Assembly: GCA_029934175.1 (NCBI GenBank)
Contig: JAOZMT010000001.1
Coordinates: 85,286 to 121,447, forward strand
Origin: Victivallales bacterium
Lineage (GTDB): Bacteria > Verrucomicrobiota > Lentisphaeria > Victivallales > JAUVCU01
Direction: 5' to 3'
DNA length: 36,162 bases
Under the pieces are notes generated by a model. It was not told the DNA's origin, did no database searches, and saw only the letters and a program-made list of their open reading frames with translations. Shown one piece after another: positions 1-8,704 of the stretch (position 1 is the stretch's first letter; each line of letters starts with the position of its first letter). Made by a program: the position numbers and the translations under genes.

Positions 1-18
1 TTTTGAATATAACTTTTC

Positions 19-1020
19 TTACTTCATCCATTTTTGCTCCTCCTTTTCAATGTGTTTAATTAAATCTATTATACGCATTGAATATGCCCATTCATTATCA
101 TACCATCCTAAAACTTTTATTAAATTATTTCCAATGACATCTGTAAATTCTGCATCAATAACACAAGAATTTGAATTTCCTTTAAAATCACAAGATACCA
201 AAGGAATCTCAGAATAACCCAAAATTCCTTTTAAATAAGTTTTACTTGCTTCTTTGAAAACATCATTAACTTCATTTATATTAGTAGATTTTTTTACTTC
301 CACAACCAAATCAACTAAAGATACGGTGGATGTAGGAACTCTAATAGCAATTCCATTCAATTTTCCTTTTAAATGTGGAAATATTTTTCCTATAGCTTTG
401 GCTGCTCCTGTTGTCGTAGGAATCATAGATAATGCAGCTGCTCTTGCTCTTCTCAAATCTTTGTGTGGTAAATCCAATATTCTTTGGTCATTTGTGTAAG
501 AGTGAACAGTTGTCATCAATCCCTTTTTTATTACAAAATGTTCATCTAATACTTTAACCATTGGTGCTAAACAGTTAGTTGTACAAGATGCATTAGAAAT
601 TATTCTATGTTGTTGTCTATAACTCTGATGATTCACGCCCATAACAACCATTATATCAGCATTTGGAGAAGGTGCTGTTATAATCACCTTTTTTGCATTG
701 TGAAGACCTGCCATTTCTGCTTTGGTAAAAACACCTGTTGATTCTACTACGATATCTACGTTACATTCTTTCCAAGGAATAAGCCTAGGATTTTTTTCAT
801 TGAAAATTTTAATTTCTTTTCCATTTATGGCGAATGCCTTTTCTTTTGCTTCTATATTTGCATTAAATTCACCATAATTAGAATCATATTTTAAAAGATG
901 TACTAGAGTTTTAGTGGGCACTGGTAAATCATTTATTGCTACAAAATCGACACATCTTTCAAATCCTGCTCTAAAAATTAGTCTTCCAATGCGTCCAAAC
1001 CCATTGATACCTACTTTCAT
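19..1020 (-). CDS. gap: glyceraldehyde-3-phosphate dehydrogenase
   Basis: 333 aa. It has the N-terminal NAD-binding motif INGFGRIGR and the catalytic signature SNASCTTNCLAP. The length is typical of GAPDH. Its start overlaps the stop of the upstream ORF by 4 nt. Confidence 0.9.
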   Translation of the reverse strand: MKVGINGFGRIGRLIFRAGFERCVDFVAINDLPVPTKTLVHLLKYDSNYGEFNANIEAKEKAFAINGKEIKIFNEKNPRLIPWKECNVDIVVESTGVFTKAEMAGLHNAKKVIITAPSPNADIMVVMGVNHQSYRQQHRIISNASCTTNCLAPMVKVLDEHFVIKKGLMTTVHSYTNDQRILDLPHKDLRRARAAALSMIPTTTGAAKAIGKIFPHLKGKLNGIAIRVPTSTVSLVDLVVEVKKSTNINEVNDVFKEASKTYLKGILGYSEIPLVSCDFKGNSNSCVIDAEFTDVIGNNLIKVLGWYDNEWAYSMRIIDLIKHIEKEEQKWMK

Positions 1021-1250
1021 TTGTCTCTCCTTAAAAATTCCATTTCTTTATTTCTTTTTAAAATAATTATTTCAGGATCATATTTTTCTATACATTCATT
1101 TATTTGATATAAAGTTGCTCTAATATCTGAAACAATTGGCCCACACTCTATTAATCTACTATTTGGATATTGTGAGAGAATAGAATTTTTCTCTTTTCTA
1201 CTAAACTCACCTGCTAAGACTATATTCTGAATTTTAATTACATTATTCAT
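1017..1250 (-). CDS. hypothetical protein
   Basis: The track ORF begins at GTG 1259. The ATG at 1250 is preceded by AAGGAGTG at good spacing, so 1250 is the preferred start (MNNVIK...). No recognisable motifs. Confidence 0.4.
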   Translation of the reverse strand: MNNVIKIQNIVLAGEFSRKEKNSILSQYPNSRLIECGPIVSDIRATLYQINECIEKYDPEIIILKRNKEMEFLRRDK

Positions 1251-1602
1251 AAGAAACACTCCTTTTATTTATTTTTATTTTAGGTAACTGAAATATTTTA
1301 TTTGAAATGAAAATTCCATGTCCAAAAATTACCCATGTGGAATTTTTCTTATAAAGTTGGGCTTTAGTTAATGAAGCATTATATTCAGCAATATAATAAG
1401 CTTTTTGAAACATTTTTGCTTTTTGATATTGTCCTAACAAATTTGGGTAAGTAAACATTCCTACTGCAATGCATATTATGATAAGTATAAGTGATACAAA
1501 CATAATAATAAAACTTATTGTCGTTCGTGTGTCATAAATGCCTTTTTTGATGCAGTAGGCAAACAAAATTAGACCGATTAAAAAGGAAATTACCCAAATC
1601 AT
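1243..1602 (-). CDS. small membrane protein with two predicted transmembrane helices
   Basis: Two hydrophobic stretches are present (WVISFLIGLILFAYCI and ISFIIMFVSLILIIICIAVGMF). An AGGAGAA ribosome-binding site lies upstream of the ATG. A holin-like role is only a guess. Confidence 0.45.
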   Translation of the reverse strand: MIWVISFLIGLILFAYCIKKGIYDTRTTISFIIMFVSLILIIICIAVGMFTYPNLLGQYQKAKMFQKAYYIAEYNASLTKAQLYKKNSTWVIFGHGIFISNKIFQLPKIKINKRSVSYE

Positions 1603-1611
1603 AAAATTCTC

Positions 1612-1788
1612 CTAAATATCTTCTTCTTCATTTACTGAACCTTCATCAAATTCAAAATCATTATTGGCTTCAATCAATCTTCTATCATAGGGATTTTGAA
1701 TAATGAAATCACCTAACCATCCAACTTGTTTTTTAAGTTGTGGTTTTACAATTTCTTCATCCAAAATTTTTTGATGTAAACTATTCAT
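1612..1788 (-). CDS. hypothetical acidic protein
   Basis: The internal ATG at 1788 is preceded by GGAGG, whereas the track start at 1800 has no ribosome-binding site. The C-terminus is acidic (NEEEDI). Confidence 0.35.
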   Translation of the reverse strand: MNSLHQKILDEEIVKPQLKKQVGWLGDFIIQNPYDRRLIEANNDFEFDEGSVNEEEDI

Positions 1789-1804
1789 CTTAACCTCCAT
1801 AAAA

Positions 1805-2026
1805 TTATATTCTTATAGTAACTCTACAGATATCTTCAATTTCATTACATAATCGTTTGGAAACATTTGTTATTATTTCATAATTCCATTTTGATTTTGG
1901 AATAAGTTCAATAACTTTTCCGTAAATTCGCTTATCTCCTTTTATTCCTACACTACGGACAGGCAAAACTTGCCAAGTACCATCAAATTTTTCTTCTATT
2001 AAAATTTTCTCAACTTTATCCTTCAT
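1805..2026 (-). CDS. stand-alone GMP synthase C-terminal (dimerisation) domain-like protein
   Basis: 73 aa. [21 protein letters not shown] matches the GuaA C-terminal segment [39 protein letters not shown] matches SNRIINEVNGISRVVYDIS. No ATP-pyrophosphatase or glutamine amidotransferase domain is attached. Confidence 0.5.
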   Translation of the reverse strand: [73 protein letters not shown]

Positions 2027-2035
2027 CTTATTTTA

Positions 2036-2064
2036 AAGATAATCATTCTATATTGTATTGTCAA
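2036..2064 (-). promoter_or_regulatory. sigma70-like promoter for the 1805-2026 operon
   Basis: On the minus strand, TTGACA (2064-2059), a 17-nt spacer and TATCTT (2041-2036). The predicted transcript start is only about 3 nt upstream of ATG 2026 and there is no ribosome-binding site, so the mRNA would be nearly leaderless. Confidence 0.35.
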
Positions 2065-2620
2065 GAGCCCAATTCACAATTGTTTCTTCATTTGGAACAT
2101 TTTTGGAGATTATACCTTTCTCAACTATTTTAGCACCAAGTGCTTGCATAATCCAAACAAATACATCAGGTGTGACCTTCCAAGGAACTATATGATCTAA
2201 TTTAAGCACTTCAACTAATGGATAAATACATCCTTCTGAACAAAAATACTGATTTTTCTTTTCCTTCTTCCATTTTAAAAATAAACCAAATCCAGCCCAA
2301 TAGTCAAATTTAGCTTCTTTTTTTACTAAATCAATAAAGAATTTATTTATTAAGACATATTGCGCTGTAGTTACATCTAATGCCCAAATTTCATATTCAT
2401 CGCCTTCTTTGTAGCCATCAAAAATTTTTCTAATTTTCCATCTACAATTTAATAATTCCTTATAGCTATCTGGCCAAACTTCAATTGTATGTTTATCATC
2501 AAAAATAAAAGCTATATGGGAATATTCACCTTGTGTTTCCCATTTAATAACTTTGGCCAACCAATCTGTTCCTTTATAAGCTAAATATCTTATTTGTTTG
2601 GACATTTTACAATTCTCCAT
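2048..2620 (-). CDS. permuted papain-fold / NlpC-P60 superfamily peptidase-like protein (YiiX-like)
   Basis: YSHIAFIF...IEVWPD followed by a distal YFCSEGCIYPL is the His-then-Cys order seen in permuted papain-like amidases. The ATG at 2605 has a better ribosome-binding site (TGGAG) than the ATG at 2620. Confidence 0.45.
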   Translation of the reverse strand: MENCKMSKQIRYLAYKGTDWLAKVIKWETQGEYSHIAFIFDDKHTIEVWPDSYKELLNCRWKIRKIFDGYKEGDEYEIWALDVTTAQYVLINKFFIDLVKKEAKFDYWAGFGLFLKWKKEKKNQYFCSEGCIYPLVEVLKLDHIVPWKVTPDVFVWIMQALGAKIVEKGIISKNVPNEETIVNWALDNTI

Positions 2621-2727
2621 ACTAGTGGTTTTTTACCTGTCCATCTAAAACATCTATTTTTATACTTATAAATAACTCCTGCTTTTCCTTGTTTTGGAAG
2701 TTTAGCAACTGATATTACTTGTGCCAT
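2590..2727 (-). CDS. small basic hypothetical protein (45 aa, below the track cutoff)
   Basis: The ATG at 2727 is preceded by GAGGTGA and lies 1 nt after the psd stop codon. It translates to MAQVISVAKLPKQGKAGVIYKYKNRCFRWTGKKPLVWRIVKCPNK and fills an otherwise empty 108-nt gap. Confidence 0.3.
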   Translation of the reverse strand: MAQVISVAKLPKQGKAGVIYKYKNRCFRWTGKKPLVWRIVKCPNK

Positions 2728-2728
2728 T

Positions 2729-3514
2729 TTATTTCACCTCTTTGAAAAAATTATTATTCAATATTTTCTTTTTTGATTTTATTTTAATTAATGGATCAAT
2801 TCCAGCTTCTACATGAACAAAATCTTCTGTTTTTTTAGGGCTTTTTAATAAGCATTCAAATTCTATTTTATTATTTAATGGAATTACCAATTCTCCTAAA
2901 CTGCCATAACGTATAATAGCAATTCTATCACCTTGATTAACAAATTCACCATCTTCATCTATCATAAAAACATTTGCATTTACTTCTTGATCAGCAATTA
3001 AAACTATATAATATTTAAATCCCAATGGATGGACAACTTCAACAATATCTCTTTGATTATAATATAAAAATTCTAAACTTCTTCTAAATCTTTTTGGATG
3101 TACTATTTGCTTTAATATTTCATTTTCCATGTCACGCATAGATAAATTATTCGTTACTATTGGATCAACGCTCCTTACCTTTACAAATCCATTTGTTGGA
3201 ATTCTACTCATATGGACATCAAAAAAACTTAAGAATATACCAATTACTATGCTAGGTGAATTATAACTTTCATCTTCTAGTATCTTTTTTAAATTATAAA
3301 TTTTTCCTTTGATATCTACCACTTCATCATTTGGATTTATCTTTTCATGTACATATAAAACTGTTCCATCTACTGGACTATACATTATCTCAGGATCATA
3401 ATAAATAGTTCGCATTGGATCACGAAGAAAAACTTGTTCTAACATTCTACGAATGCTGATCTTTCTTAATTTCCTTGTTTCTTCTGAATTTAGCCATTCA
3501 GTTAATGACTTCAT
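2729..3514 (-). CDS. psd: phosphatidylserine decarboxylase family proenzyme
   Basis: Shows YSPVDGTV, FLSFFDVHMSRIPTNG and a C-terminal YGSLGELVIP that matches the G-S self-cleavage/pyruvoyl motif context of the short Psd/Asd type. Confidence 0.7.
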   Translation of the reverse strand: MKSLTEWLNSEETRKLRKISIRRMLEQVFLRDPMRTIYYDPEIMYSPVDGTVLYVHEKINPNDEVVDIKGKIYNLKKILEDESYNSPSIVIGIFLSFFDVHMSRIPTNGFVKVRSVDPIVTNNLSMRDMENEILKQIVHPKRFRRSLEFLYYNQRDIVEVVHPLGFKYYIVLIADQEVNANVFMIDEDGEFVNQGDRIAIIRYGSLGELVIPLNNKIEFECLLKSPKKTEDFVHVEAGIDPLIKIKSKKKILNNNFFKEVK

Positions 3515-3517
3515 TTT

Positions 3518-4537
3518 TTATCCCTTCTTTATTAAATCTGGTGGTAAAAGAATTAAATTTGGATAATTTAAAGGAGTAATAAAACAACTTAGTAATGCTC
3601 CAAGTTTCATTGCTTCACTCAAGTCCAAATACATTACTTCAATTCCAAGTTCATTACAAATTTTTTCTAAAGTTTCGTTCTTTTTAACTTCCAAATCATA
3701 ATATTTATCCTTTTTTGACATCCTATGTAAATTAGATGCATTTATTACCAATGAAGTTCCTAATTTCAAACTATTACATATTCCCATATATGCACAATCT
3801 TTATCAACTGGATAAATGTTAGCATATTTTTCTAATTCACGAATTGGTTTCCTTTTAACTACTTTGGTACATACCATTGCATTTTCATTATCTAGCATAA
3901 AGAATGTACAGTCGCCATGATATAAATACTCATCTACAACTTCACTTTTAATAATATAAATATCATCAAATTGTTTCATTAGCCAATCATGAGTTTCAGG
4001 TTGTGTTCTAACACCATAATTTCCCCAATAAATTGCTTTATCATTATCTATTGTTATAAGTTTAAGTTCAGGATATCCTTCAAAATATGTTTCAGGTTGA
4101 ATAGTATGATAGCCAAAAGATTGTAAAAATTCCCTTGCAACTTCAGATTCAGCTTCTCTACCTTCAGCTCTAAATTTGCTAATTACTATTATATAGTCCT
4201 GTTTTGATGGAAGATACAATGAAACAAATGAATTCACAAATGTGATATCCTGTAAGCCTGGCTTACTTGGCATTAGAAGAATCATAGAATCCGCTGATAT
4301 CACTTGATACAAATCCATCCATTGTGACATAAACTTTTCTTTGTCAATTTTTCTCTCTTCTTTAGGTAGTTCTTTCATCCAAATATTATTAGCTATATTA
4401 AAATCTACATGGAAAGGCGGGGCCATGACAAAAACTTCAATATTTAAATCTGAAGGTTTGGGGCTAAATGGTTTTTCTTCTTTTATAGTTTTTATATAAA
4501 ATCCTTTTCTACAATAAGGACATGTTACAAATTGCAT
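3518..4537 (-). CDS. amidinotransferase-fold (guanidino-group-modifying enzyme superfamily) protein with an N-terminal CxxC
   Basis: The motif order FEGYPEL, then YHGDCTFFML (compare HLD), then a C-terminal KLGALLSCFITPL (compare GGxxC nucleophile) resembles DDAH, arginine deiminase and amidinotransferase proteins. The motifs are divergent. The N-terminus carries CPYC. Confidence 0.4.
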   Translation of the reverse strand: MQFVTCPYCRKGFYIKTIKEEKPFSPKPSDLNIEVFVMAPPFHVDFNIANNIWMKELPKEERKIDKEKFMSQWMDLYQVISADSMILLMPSKPGLQDITFVNSFVSLYLPSKQDYIIVISKFRAEGREAESEVAREFLQSFGYHTIQPETYFEGYPELKLITIDNDKAIYWGNYGVRTQPETHDWLMKQFDDIYIIKSEVVDEYLYHGDCTFFMLDNENAMVCTKVVKRKPIRELEKYANIYPVDKDCAYMGICNSLKLGTSLVINASNLHRMSKKDKYYDLEVKKNETLEKICNELGIEVMYLDLSEAMKLGALLSCFITPLNYPNLILLPPDLIKKG

Positions 4538-4559
4538 TTTATATCCTCCTAAATTTCAA

Positions 4560-5243
4560 CTATGTTTTTGGTATTATATATCCACATTTAGGACATACAA
4601 AGCAATTTTGATAGCAAGATTCATACTTTCTTCCAGTCCATTGCTTCATTAGAAGCATTTCAGATTTCATTTCTGATTTGCAATGAGGACAACAGATTTT
4701 ATCCATTTTATTGGTTGATCCATAACCGCCTTCTCTATTTGTTTGGATGTAATTTTTCATTATTTGCTTAAAATTATTATAAATTTCTTCATCTACAACA
4801 GTTTCAACTTCTTCCTTGCCATAAGTATCAAAAAATAATAATTGAGCAATTCTTTCTTGTGAAGTAATTGGAACTAATCCTCTTATTGCATAACAACTAA
4901 AATGAACAGTATCAAAATAATCGTTGTCTATAACACCACTATCTACAAAAATCAATCCAAATCGATGTGCAGTAGAACTCCTAGGTCTAATAATAGCTTT
5001 AATGGGTGGTGGAACATATAATTTGAAACCCAAAGAAAATTTATAAATGCAATCTTTTGTTGTATAAAGAATGCCATCCTTAGTAAAGATTTTTTGAATT
5101 CCATAGTCATTAGATTCTTCTATTCCTTCACTTAAATCAATTTTACAATCATAACCAACAGCCAATGTAGTCTTCTTTTCTGGCAAAAAATTTGAATCTT
5201 TAACTACAAATACAATTTTGTTTTGCCTAATTAAATCTTGCAT
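4560..5243 (-). CDS. dut: trimeric dUTPase with internal insertions and a C-terminal zinc ribbon
   Basis: All five dUTPase motifs are present: VGYDC, RPRSS, GVIDNDY, RIAQLLF and EGGYGSTN. A C-terminal CCPHC...CPKC four-Cys ribbon follows. An AGGAGG ribosome-binding site is present. Confidence 0.8.
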   Translation of the reverse strand: MQDLIRQNKIVFVVKDSNFLPEKKTTLAVGYDCKIDLSEGIEESNDYGIQKIFTKDGILYTTKDCIYKFSLGFKLYVPPPIKAIIRPRSSTAHRFGLIFVDSGVIDNDYFDTVHFSCYAIRGLVPITSQERIAQLLFFDTYGKEEVETVVDEEIYNNFKQIMKNYIQTNREGGYGSTNKMDKICCPHCKSEMKSEMLLMKQWTGRKYESCYQNCFVCPKCGYIIPKT

Positions 5244-5252
5244 AATAACCTC

Positions 5253-5558
5253 CTATTGAATTTCTACTGGAGTTAAATCATTCAATATCTCACTTAAATG
5301 ATTTATTGTTTTTTCGGCAAATTCTTCAAAGCTAACATTGTTTTCAATGCCCTTGTAAAGAATAGCGAGAGCAGTTAAAACATCAAAATAAGTGATTCCA
5401 ATGTCGTGTGGAAAATTTTCAAAGTGAAATGTACCTAACTCAGGATTGCTAACAAACACCGAGATGTGGCTTCCTTCTTGATATTGTTCTTTGACAACAT
5501 CCAAAAATTCATCTAAAGTCATTTGTTCTTCCTTGACTAATCCTTTTAATTTTTCCAT
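5253..5558 (-). CDS. hypothetical protein
   Basis: 101-aa ORF with an AGGAGG ribosome-binding site and its own upstream promoter. No recognisable motifs. Confidence 0.4.
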   Translation of the reverse strand: MEKLKGLVKEEQMTLDEFLDVVKEQYQEGSHISVFVSNPELGTFHFENFPHDIGITYFDVLTALAILYKGIENNVSFEEFAEKTINHLSEILNDLTPVEIQ

Positions 5559-5577
5559 AATATTCCTCCTTAAAGTA

Positions 5578-5605
5578 ATGATAATTATTTTTTACGAATT
5601 GTCAA
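5578..5605 (-). promoter_or_regulatory. sigma70-like promoter
   Basis: On the minus strand, TTGACA (5605-5600), a 16-nt spacer and TATCAT (5583-5578). It overlaps the stop of the upstream ORF and sits before the ribosome-binding site of the 5558 gene. Confidence 0.4.
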
Positions 5606-6309
5606 GTCCCATACTTCTCAGGAAATTGTAATCCCATTGGATCATGAAGAAAACAAAAAGTTTCTCTTAATCCCAAAACAGTTCTTGAATAAATAGTTGA
5701 ACAATAGCCAAAATGTGACACTATATTGGGAATTGTTACATAATAAGTCATTTTATTTTCCATTAACCATTTTCTAATCAATAAATCTTGAGCATCTTTA
5801 GGTGACACAGGTGGTGTTTTCTTTTGAAATTCGTATAACTGCTCAATTTGCCACAATCTTAACCAAAAACACGTTGAAGAACCATAATATGAATTTGGAA
5901 ATGTTATTAGATGTAATTTAAAATTATTAATAAAACTTTTAATTGTATCTTTTCTATGGCTAAAACCCGAAATAATACTATTTGGGTCTTTTCTTAATTT
6001 TTCAAAATAAAAAACAGCATCAATAAAATTATAGCAAATTATAATATCGTTTTCCAAAACCAAGAACAAATCATCTTTATTATAATTTTCTAATGCATAT
6101 TCAAATGCATGTGCCAAATTTTCTCTTTTCGTAAAATCACCTTTATAATGGAAATCTGCCTTTTTAGGTGCTTCATTTCCACCAAAAACATTTAAAACAT
6201 ATTTATCTTTTTTATTGGGAAGTCGTTGGTCTAATATAGCGAAACAAATATTTCTAGTTTCTTTTCTAATTTCAAAGTTATCGGATGTTAAATTGATTAT
6301 CAATTTCAT
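5602..6309 (-). CDS. putative glycosyltransferase (GT-A-like, weak)
   Basis: It is the last gene of the overlapping sugar cassette. The LFLVLENDII acidic motif is reminiscent of the GT25-type LEDD motif. The assignment rests mainly on context. Confidence 0.3.
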   Translation of the reverse strand: MKLIINLTSDNFEIRKETRNICFAILDQRLPNKKDKYVLNVFGGNEAPKKADFHYKGDFTKRENLAHAFEYALENYNKDDLFLVLENDIIICYNFIDAVFYFEKLRKDPNSIISGFSHRKDTIKSFINNFKLHLITFPNSYYGSSTCFWLRLWQIEQLYEFQKKTPPVSPKDAQDLLIRKWLMENKMTYYVTIPNIVSHFGYCSTIYSRTVLGLRETFCFLHDPMGLQFPEKYGT

Positions 6310-7069
6310 TCTTTAACCAATTCCTTAACTTATATTTGCATTTATAGAGTTTATTTATTTCTTTCAAATTTAAACTTACATTTTTATCACCAACTAATCC
6401 ATTTGTATAAATTATATCTGTATTAAACAATTTTGCTAAATCATTTATACTAATTGTATCTTCAGATCCAACATCAATTTTAGTGCAACATGGAATCTTA
6501 GAAAATAATGCTAAATATATTATTTCACAAACATCCAATACATGAATAAAATTTCTTTTTTGGTTTCCATTGCCATAAACAGTTAATTTTTCATTATTTC
6601 TATATTGTTTTAAAAATCTACTAATTACAGTGCTTTTCTTTTTTAAAAAATCAATACCACCATAAACATTGCTCAATCTAAGTATGTATGATTTTAGACC
6701 AGATTTACATCTGTCGATTGCATAATCTTCCACGCAAGCTTTTGTGTATCCATAATAAGAAGTTCCTTTTGCTGCTTGTGAAGAAGTAAAAATAAACGGA
6801 ATATTTCTTTCTAAACAGTAATTAATTAGTTTATAACTTGCTAAAACGTTGATTTCATATGCTCCTAATACATCCATAATACAATTTTTTAATCCACTTA
6901 TAGCGGCCAAATGAACTATTGCATCTATATTTTCAAATCTATATTTTTCAAACCTTCTTATATCACAACTAGGCAAGTCGCATTCCACAAACTGAATATC
7001 TCTATCTTTTAAAAAATATTTTAGATTAGTGCCAATATAGCCTTTAGAACCTGTAATCAAAACTTTCAT
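6278..7069 (-). CDS. NAD-dependent sugar epimerase/dehydratase (extended SDR)
   Basis: N-terminal VLITGSKGYIGTNL glycine-rich Rossmann motif and a YGYTKA (YxxxK) catalytic motif. Confidence 0.75.
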   Translation of the reverse strand: MKVLITGSKGYIGTNLKYFLKDRDIQFVECDLPSCDIRRFEKYRFENIDAIVHLAAISGLKNCIMDVLGAYEINVLASYKLINYCLERNIPFIFTSSQAAKGTSYYGYTKACVEDYAIDRCKSGLKSYILRLSNVYGGIDFLKKKSTVISRFLKQYRNNEKLTVYGNGNQKRNFIHVLDVCEIIYLALFSKIPCCTKIDVGSEDTISINDLAKLFNTDIIYTNGLVGDKNVSLNLKEINKLYKCKYKLRNWLKNEIDNQFNIR

Positions 7070-7820
7070 TTTTCATAAACTCTTCAATATTTTTTTCAAT
7101 TTGTTTCCAAGGAACATATAAATGTTTATGTCTAAAGCGTGTATTCCAATTGTTTATATATGTTATCGAGAATATTTCATCTAAATTATAAATTTCAAAG
7201 CCTAACATTTTTATTATTTTCATTAAAACAAAATCTGGCCAAGGGCCAGGTTCCCAATATTTCGAAGCTTTAATAACTGCGCTTTTCCTAAAAGCATTTG
7301 CGGAACCACTACCTAAATGAAAGCACTGTTTATATGGATATTTATTGGTATTTTTATATCTTTCATCATATATTAAGCTACATCCAGTTATGGATGCAAT
7401 TTTTTCATTTGAATTTAATCTTTGAATCATTGGTTTGACATTAAATCTAATTTCGTCATCTAAATCCAATGTTCTAACCCAATCATATTTTGCATATAAA
7501 ACAGAATTGATTACTAAATCTTTTGTATGATGCCAATATTTTAATATTTGTTTAGGCTTAAGATGTCTATGAATATTACATTTTATATCTTTTAATTCTA
7601 TTGGTTTTTGTTTGATAATTGTAAAAGGCCAATTTATATCAGCATTTCTATAATGCTTACTTTCTTCAAAAACATTCCAACTACAATTTTCTAATAATAA
7701 AATTTCATCAGCAGGTTGATATTTTATTATACTTCTTATAGCACGATGGAAAAATTGCTTGCTTAATTCAGGATTATTGTAATCACACATTATTAACGTC
7801 TGTGTCAACTTTATATCCAT
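7044..7820 (-). CDS. putative glycosyltransferase (DxD-type, weak)
   Basis: A DLDDE motif and its position inside the translationally coupled sugar cassette. No stronger signature was seen. Confidence 0.3.
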   Translation of the reverse strand: MDIKLTQTLIMCDYNNPELSKQFFHRAIRSIIKYQPADEILLLENCSWNVFEESKHYRNADINWPFTIIKQKPIELKDIKCNIHRHLKPKQILKYWHHTKDLVINSVLYAKYDWVRTLDLDDEIRFNVKPMIQRLNSNEKIASITGCSLIYDERYKNTNKYPYKQCFHLGSGSANAFRKSAVIKASKYWEPGPWPDFVLMKIIKMLGFEIYNLDEIFSITYINNWNTRFRHKHLYVPWKQIEKNIEEFMKNESFDYRF

Positions 7821-8704
7821 TTTAAATCCTCTAAATCATCATCTTTTTTTATAAATCTAATATTGGGATAATCTTTTAAGTAAGTATTGTAAAAGCTTTC
7901 TACTTTATGTGTATACCCTTTAAAAGATATAACATTAATTCCTAATATTGTTGGTATTAAACTACCATGCATTCTATCTGAAACAACAAGCTTAGCCTGA
8001 TGTAACTTATTATATGCAAATTCTTTAGCATATTCTACTGTATCTTTTGGTGAAGAATTATTTAAAATCTTCTTGTCTTTATCATCCCATAACCATCTAA
8101 TTTTGGTATATCCTTTTAGCATTGATAAAACTTTAATCAACACTGGATTGCATTCAGTTTTTGAGTGAATAATCAGTATATTGTTCCTAGGCGTTATAGT
8201 TCCAAATTCATCATATAGTAAAACGCTGGGACATGGTATTAATCTTGTAGGAACTCTTATATGTAATGTCTTTTCAAAGTAATCTTTACTCGTTCTTTCC
8301 CTAAAACAAATATATTTCATTTTTGGTAATTCAAAAAATAATGCACAATGTTTATCAAAATCTTTTACAAAACTTGTTGGCGTAAAAATTATTTCCCTGT
8401 TTTTGGCTTGGAAAAACCATTTAAAGACATCTCGCATTCCTAGAGAAGCTGAACTATATTCACAGCCCCGAATTAATATCGGCAAATTATAATTAGGCAA
8501 ATCTTCATTATATTTACAAATTACATATTCAATATCAAGAATTTCAAATAATTTCATTAAACCACCTGCAATCAAATAATCGCCAACATTGCTTAACTCT
8601 GGAATGGGAAATCCAGCAAAAATCAATCTTTTTGGTAAATCTTTTAAATTAATTATTATTTGATCATATAATATCTTATTTAGTTTTTTTACTCTATTAT
8701 CCAT
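7811..8704 (-). CDS. polysaccharide pyruvyl transferase family protein
   Basis: N-terminal SNVGDYLIAGG and C-terminal VVSDRMHGSLIPTILGINVI match the two conserved blocks of CsaB/WcaK-type pyruvyl transferases. Confidence 0.6.
   Translation of the reverse strand: MDNRVKKLNKILYDQIIINLKDLPKRLIFAGFPIPELSNVGDYLIAGGLMKLFEILDIEYVICKYNEDLPNYNLPILIRGCEYSSASLGMRDVFKWFFQAKNREIIFTPTSFVKDFDKHCALFFELPKMKYICFRERTSKDYFEKTLHIRVPTRLIPCPSVLLYDEFGTITPRNNILIIHSKTECNPVLIKVLSMLKGYTKIRWLWDDKDKKILNNSSPKDTVEYAKEFAYNKLHQAKLVVSDRMHGSLIPTILGINVISFKGYTHKVESFYNTYLKDYPNIRFIKKDDDLEDLKWI

Noticed and set aside
1243-2620. A lysis cassette, with the two-TM protein at 1243-1602 as holin and the papain-fold protein at 2048-2620 as endolysin.
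   Set aside because: The two genes are separated by two unrelated small ORFs. The peptidase call itself is only moderate, and I could not identify a cell-wall-binding domain or a spanin. This remains a guess rather than a finding.
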